Below are positions 59,790-64,000 of a stretch of DNA of 64,000 nucleotides, piece by piece. The first letter of the stretch is position 1. Each line of letters begins with the position of its first letter. The position numbers and the translations under genes are program-made. The notes under the pieces were generated by a model. The model had not been told where the DNA came from. It ran no database searches and saw only the letters and a program-made list of their open reading frames with translations. The stretch lies in contig JAQGDQ010000122.1 in assembly GCA_030141605.1 (NCBI GenBank), positions 310,001-374,000 of the forward strand, in the 5' to 3' direction. The stretch comes from Tubiluchus corallicola (taxonomy: Eukaryota > Animalia > Priapulida).

Positions 59790-62290
59790 AATCCAAGAAT
59801 ACTTATCCTTATCCAAGAATACCTTATCCAAAGAAATAAGGACCTAGATGGTAACTATCTATAAACGGTCCTCTCTCATATCTCTTTTGAAACTGTCAAC
59901 TGATGAAGCACTGATGGTTGATGATTTATGGTGATTCTATGGTTGAACTACACGATGCCCAAAGAAGTGTGATCTGATGTTGGTTCTAGCTGGTTGCACA
60001 AATAACCTAGACTGATGACCATGAAGAACTCTGTGAGGCCTGGAAAAAAGTCTGCCTCAGTCAGAACAGTATTTCCACTAATTATTTCGAAGCATTTCAC
60101 AAGTTCTACAGTCTCACACCTTTGCTCAAGAATAGAAATTGAAGCAGGATGCAAATCAATAGCAAGACAAGTATATCTATCCTGAGTTCTCTCGAAAGCA
60201 TTCTTGACACGTAGCATACTGGGACCACACAATGATATGCTTCACATGGGAATTCCATTTGAGGTCATTAGAAATTATTACTCCCAAGTCTCTGATGCAA
60301 CTTTTTTCAGCTATTTGAGGATTATTTAGAAAGTACAGTGTAATAGATTTAAGCCGTATTCTAAGTAAAGCACATTTATTGAGTTGAAGTGTCATCAACC
60401 ATTTACTGTCTAAAATTTCATCCAAATCATGTAAAATATAACAATAAAGATCGTCCCAAATTGGATAAAAGAGCTGTAAATCATCAACAAATAATGGAAT
60501 GCTATTCCCTGGTAAAATACAATCGGTAATATCATTTACAAAAATAAGGAAGCAGTATGGGGTGCTCTAGGTTACTTGAGGGTTACCACTTATAACAGGG
60601 CGCCATTCAGTGGCTAAACCGTTTAGAACAACACGTTGGAAACGATGAGTAAGAAAGTAACTGAACCACTTAAGAAGTTTACCTCTTATACCAGAATATT
60701 CCACTTTAAGTAAGAGATGTTGGTGGGGAAAGAATCAAATGCCTTTTTAAAATCAAGAAAAAGTACATCAATATCAGGGAAAGAAGGATCATTGAAGAAG
60801 CAAGTCTACTGATTTAAACATGGCAATAGATCAAAGAAGACTGAACGTAAAGGAAGAAAATCAGGTTGGGACATTTGACAACTACAGATGACAAAGATAT
60901 AATCATCACACGAAGGGCATGTATTTGACTGTTTAGGGATGGGGTTAACGTTACAGCAGTTAAGCCAACATTGGGGGAGGACTCCAGAATCAAGAGACTT
61001 ACGGAACAAAAGGAAAAAAGCGAGAGCAAGGTGGAAAGCACAGGATTTCAAAATAAAGCCATGACCTTCATCAGACCCTGTAGCGTTAAATGGTGTTAAT
61101 TTAATAAGCTTAGCGTATACTGAAATTAATGTCATTCAGAGAATCAGCATTCCAGCCAAAAGAAGGAATAGACAAGACATTATCACCAGGCTCATGCATT
61201 GAAGAAAGAAGCAAAAGCATCATTTATTGTAGAAGCAACCTTTTTAGGACAAGTAACAACATAATTGTTACAATCTTTATTGCAATTAATACGATCGAAA
61301 GGCTTACTATACCTGAAGAATACCTTGCCATTTTTGCTCAACCTATTTGCAAGACTATTTTCGTACCTCATCCTTGCGTTGTGAATAAACAACCTTAAGT
61401 AACTGCTGGGATTGTCTGGTAAACTCAGCAAGAGCTGAGTATATTGCCACTCTACTACTAGTAGTAGTAGTAGAGTGGTTGGGTGCCATCCCATATAATC
61501 TGTCTGTAAATCCAACTGTGTTTTTAGCCTGCACCCACCATGTTTGTTTTGCTTGTTTCACCTCTTCTCATAACCTCTGATACCATAACCAATTAGCGAG
61601 TTGCAGAGTGTATACTAACCATGTGCACCCCAAAACTTCTAGTTGTCAAATACTTTTTAGAAGTATATTATTCAAGACTTCAAGAGCCTTACGCAGATTA
61701 GTAAGGTTCCACAGCCTCCAAAGTTAAAGCTTTTTAGATTTAGCTTGACAGACACATTTATAATTTTCCCTAGGTACACACATTTTTCTACACTCAGACT
61801 TAAGAGGTTCCCCTTAGACAATTATTAACTGCAAAGTCGTAGGAGTGGAGGAAAAAGTTCCAGGCACTTGTAACATCACAATTATACATCTCATTACGCC
61901 AGTCAATGTTTGCAAAACAATCACGCAACTGAGATAGTGAAGCTTTGTCAGAGTCTCTCATGGTGGACTATGAGAAATCAACAGAAAATTTGAGGCTAGT
62001 ATCATGGTCACTAGTTGAAAAACCAAGATTAGCAATGCAAAAGTTGATTTTTTTTCAGGCCAATTGGATAATAGGAGTTCTAAATAGTTCTTATGAGGGG
62101 TAGGGAAATTAACGTGTTGAGTAAACAAATTTTCATTAATGATTTCCAAAAACAAAAATATCAATGATCAAAAGCACTGTGGCAGTATGTGGCAAAGGGT
62201 CAGACCAAACTAAGTTAAGCATACTGAAATCACCACAAACACAGTATCGTTATTAGAACATAAATCAAGATTAGAGAAGTAATAATGTAT
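59790..62290 (-). mobile_element. Heavily mutated CR1-like LINE ORF2 (endonuclease remnant, RT, 3' tandem-repeat tail)
   Basis: Fragments CGDF, FTQHVNFPT, ATGSDEG..LKSCA..LFRKSLDSGVLP..W..NV.PIPK, LDFKKAFD, IRDLGVIISNDLKWNSHV. Short tandem tail (CCTTATCCAAGAATA on +) at ~59790-59832. Confidence 0.85.
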
Positions 62291-62504
62291 AGTCGTTATT
62301 ACTTAAAAACTTAAGATCTCGAGACCTAGCACAGCACACGAGCGTTACTGCCGCGGTTCTGCGTAAAAAACAGCATAATGGATATCTTGGCGATAACTTG
62401 ATCGTGCAAGACAAGAAACGAAAATATGCATTTTAAACTGTTTTATTTGACATAGACTGAAAAGCCTACAAAATCTACTAGAGACACATAAATGTAAGTT
62501 ACTT

Positions 62505-62534
62505 GTGCATTATTATTATGATTATTGTTATTAT

Positions 62535-62628
<94 letters not shown>
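62505..62628. repeat. (TTA)n microsatellite
   Basis: Directly visible. Confidence 0.97.
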
Positions 62629-62629
<1 letters not shown>

Positions 62630-64000
62630 CCCGATCAGCACATATTAATGATGCTAATATTGTTGGTGCAGAGTGCAGACTAAACTCGAATTCGATGAAC
62701 TAAAGTAAAAGAAAACTTGAACGAAAACAGGACGATTTTTCATACCCTATCCCAATTTTGAAGTACAGTAAAAAGTCTACCAAAGTATTCAACACCTACA
62801 ATAATGCCAAAGCACTTTTGATTAATAAATAATCGATTAAAAAGCTAATTAATCCAACCATAGTGATAACGTCATAACTGAGTATTATTTCCAACTCTCA
62901 AATCATCCACGATCATGCTTAGTGATGTGTGCAAAACTTGAAGTGCAGTGCACCGTACAACATTCAGTATGACATACAAAAGTGGACAAATTTTGAATAT
63001 AAAAATTAAAATTTCAAATTTATCGCTATGTTCACGCATGAGCCCTCGAACATGAACTGAAAGACACAACACTTATTTTTAGTGCAATGCATTTCCGGCA
63101 TGCAGGCACTGATGCCCATCTAACCAGCAAAATATGACGGAATTTGGCAAATATAGGAAACAGTGAAAAACTAGCCTCATGAGCGAGAAATTACATTTTT
63201 ATGGTAATATTTTTCTCACAGTGGAAAATGAAGTACAATGAGCAAAAAAAACTAGTTTAGTTTAAATAGAAGTGGTGCAGCAATCATGCAAATACTGGGC
63301 ATTAATTGTTTGGCATTGCTCTGTCGGCGTGCCAATAGGATGGAATCAGAATATGTCCAATCCATTGTTTAGATGTTTATCGTTTCAGTGTCTCACTAAG
63401 GTGCCAATTAATACACGCTCACAAATGATTAGACTGTTAAGTATTTAAAATAATACAAGACTCACCAATGTCAGAAGTGGTAATCAGAAATAAAACTACC
63501 GAATTACCATGCAGAAAAAAAGATATAGCATCTTATCAGTCTGCAATAGCATGTCGACCTATATGGCTCAGAATTTAAGCAGCAGATAGTATCGCACAAG
63601 CCAAGTTACAGTCAGAATCCCAAGGTATAGTATGAACCTCATTTGTTAGACTAAATGCTAAGCCAATCATGTTCAAGATTTTTGAATGGTTAAATGTACG
63701 GTACAGTGCATTTCAACATTTGGGGTGGTTTCCTTTAAATGCTTGAATTTTGTACACACTTGTCTGGGCAGACATACGTAACCAGGCTGAGGTTGTAAGA
63801 GGACACATACAGTGCACTATAATAATAATTATTTTATAATGATCAGGACTTCCATGGCTAGGGCTCCAACTGTTTCACCCCTTAATTTTAGGTAACCGTT
63901 CCACATAATTTGAGTCTTCGGGGTAGGCGTATGAGGAACAGCAGAAAAGCAGTGACTGAGAGCAAGCTGATCGCATTTAGAAACTAGTGATAGGAAGTCC

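Overview
AT-rich animal (invertebrate-like) nuclear DNA with GT-AG introns. I found no rRNA, tRNA or CRISPR. All gene models were assembled by hand from splice sites and reading-frame phase. Plus strand, 9.7-26.3 kb: a tandem cluster of three secreted pentraxin-domain units. Unit 1 is nearly intronless and appears to carry a somatomedin-B (SMB) module inserted inside the pentraxin fold, hidden by a 1-nt frameshift. Unit 2 is a 7-exon gene. Unit 3 shows only two intact 3' exons, phase-compatible with unit 2. Minus strand: NAA10 (5 coding exons, 40740-28282) with a young but defective BEL/Pao LTR retrotransposon in intron 2 and a triplicated exon-3 end whose second copy differs almost only at synonymous sites; and an EFCAB12-like gene (58716-43011). 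The remainder is LINE fragments (I-group, CRE, CR1/L2), a Tc1/IS630-type transposase relic, a Gypsy relic, Kolobok- and pogo-type MITEs, a Penelope-like palindrome with hammerhead cores, an inverted triplication and many micro/minisatellites. Several single-base indels in homopolymer runs suggest residual consensus errors, so pseudogene calls are tentative.
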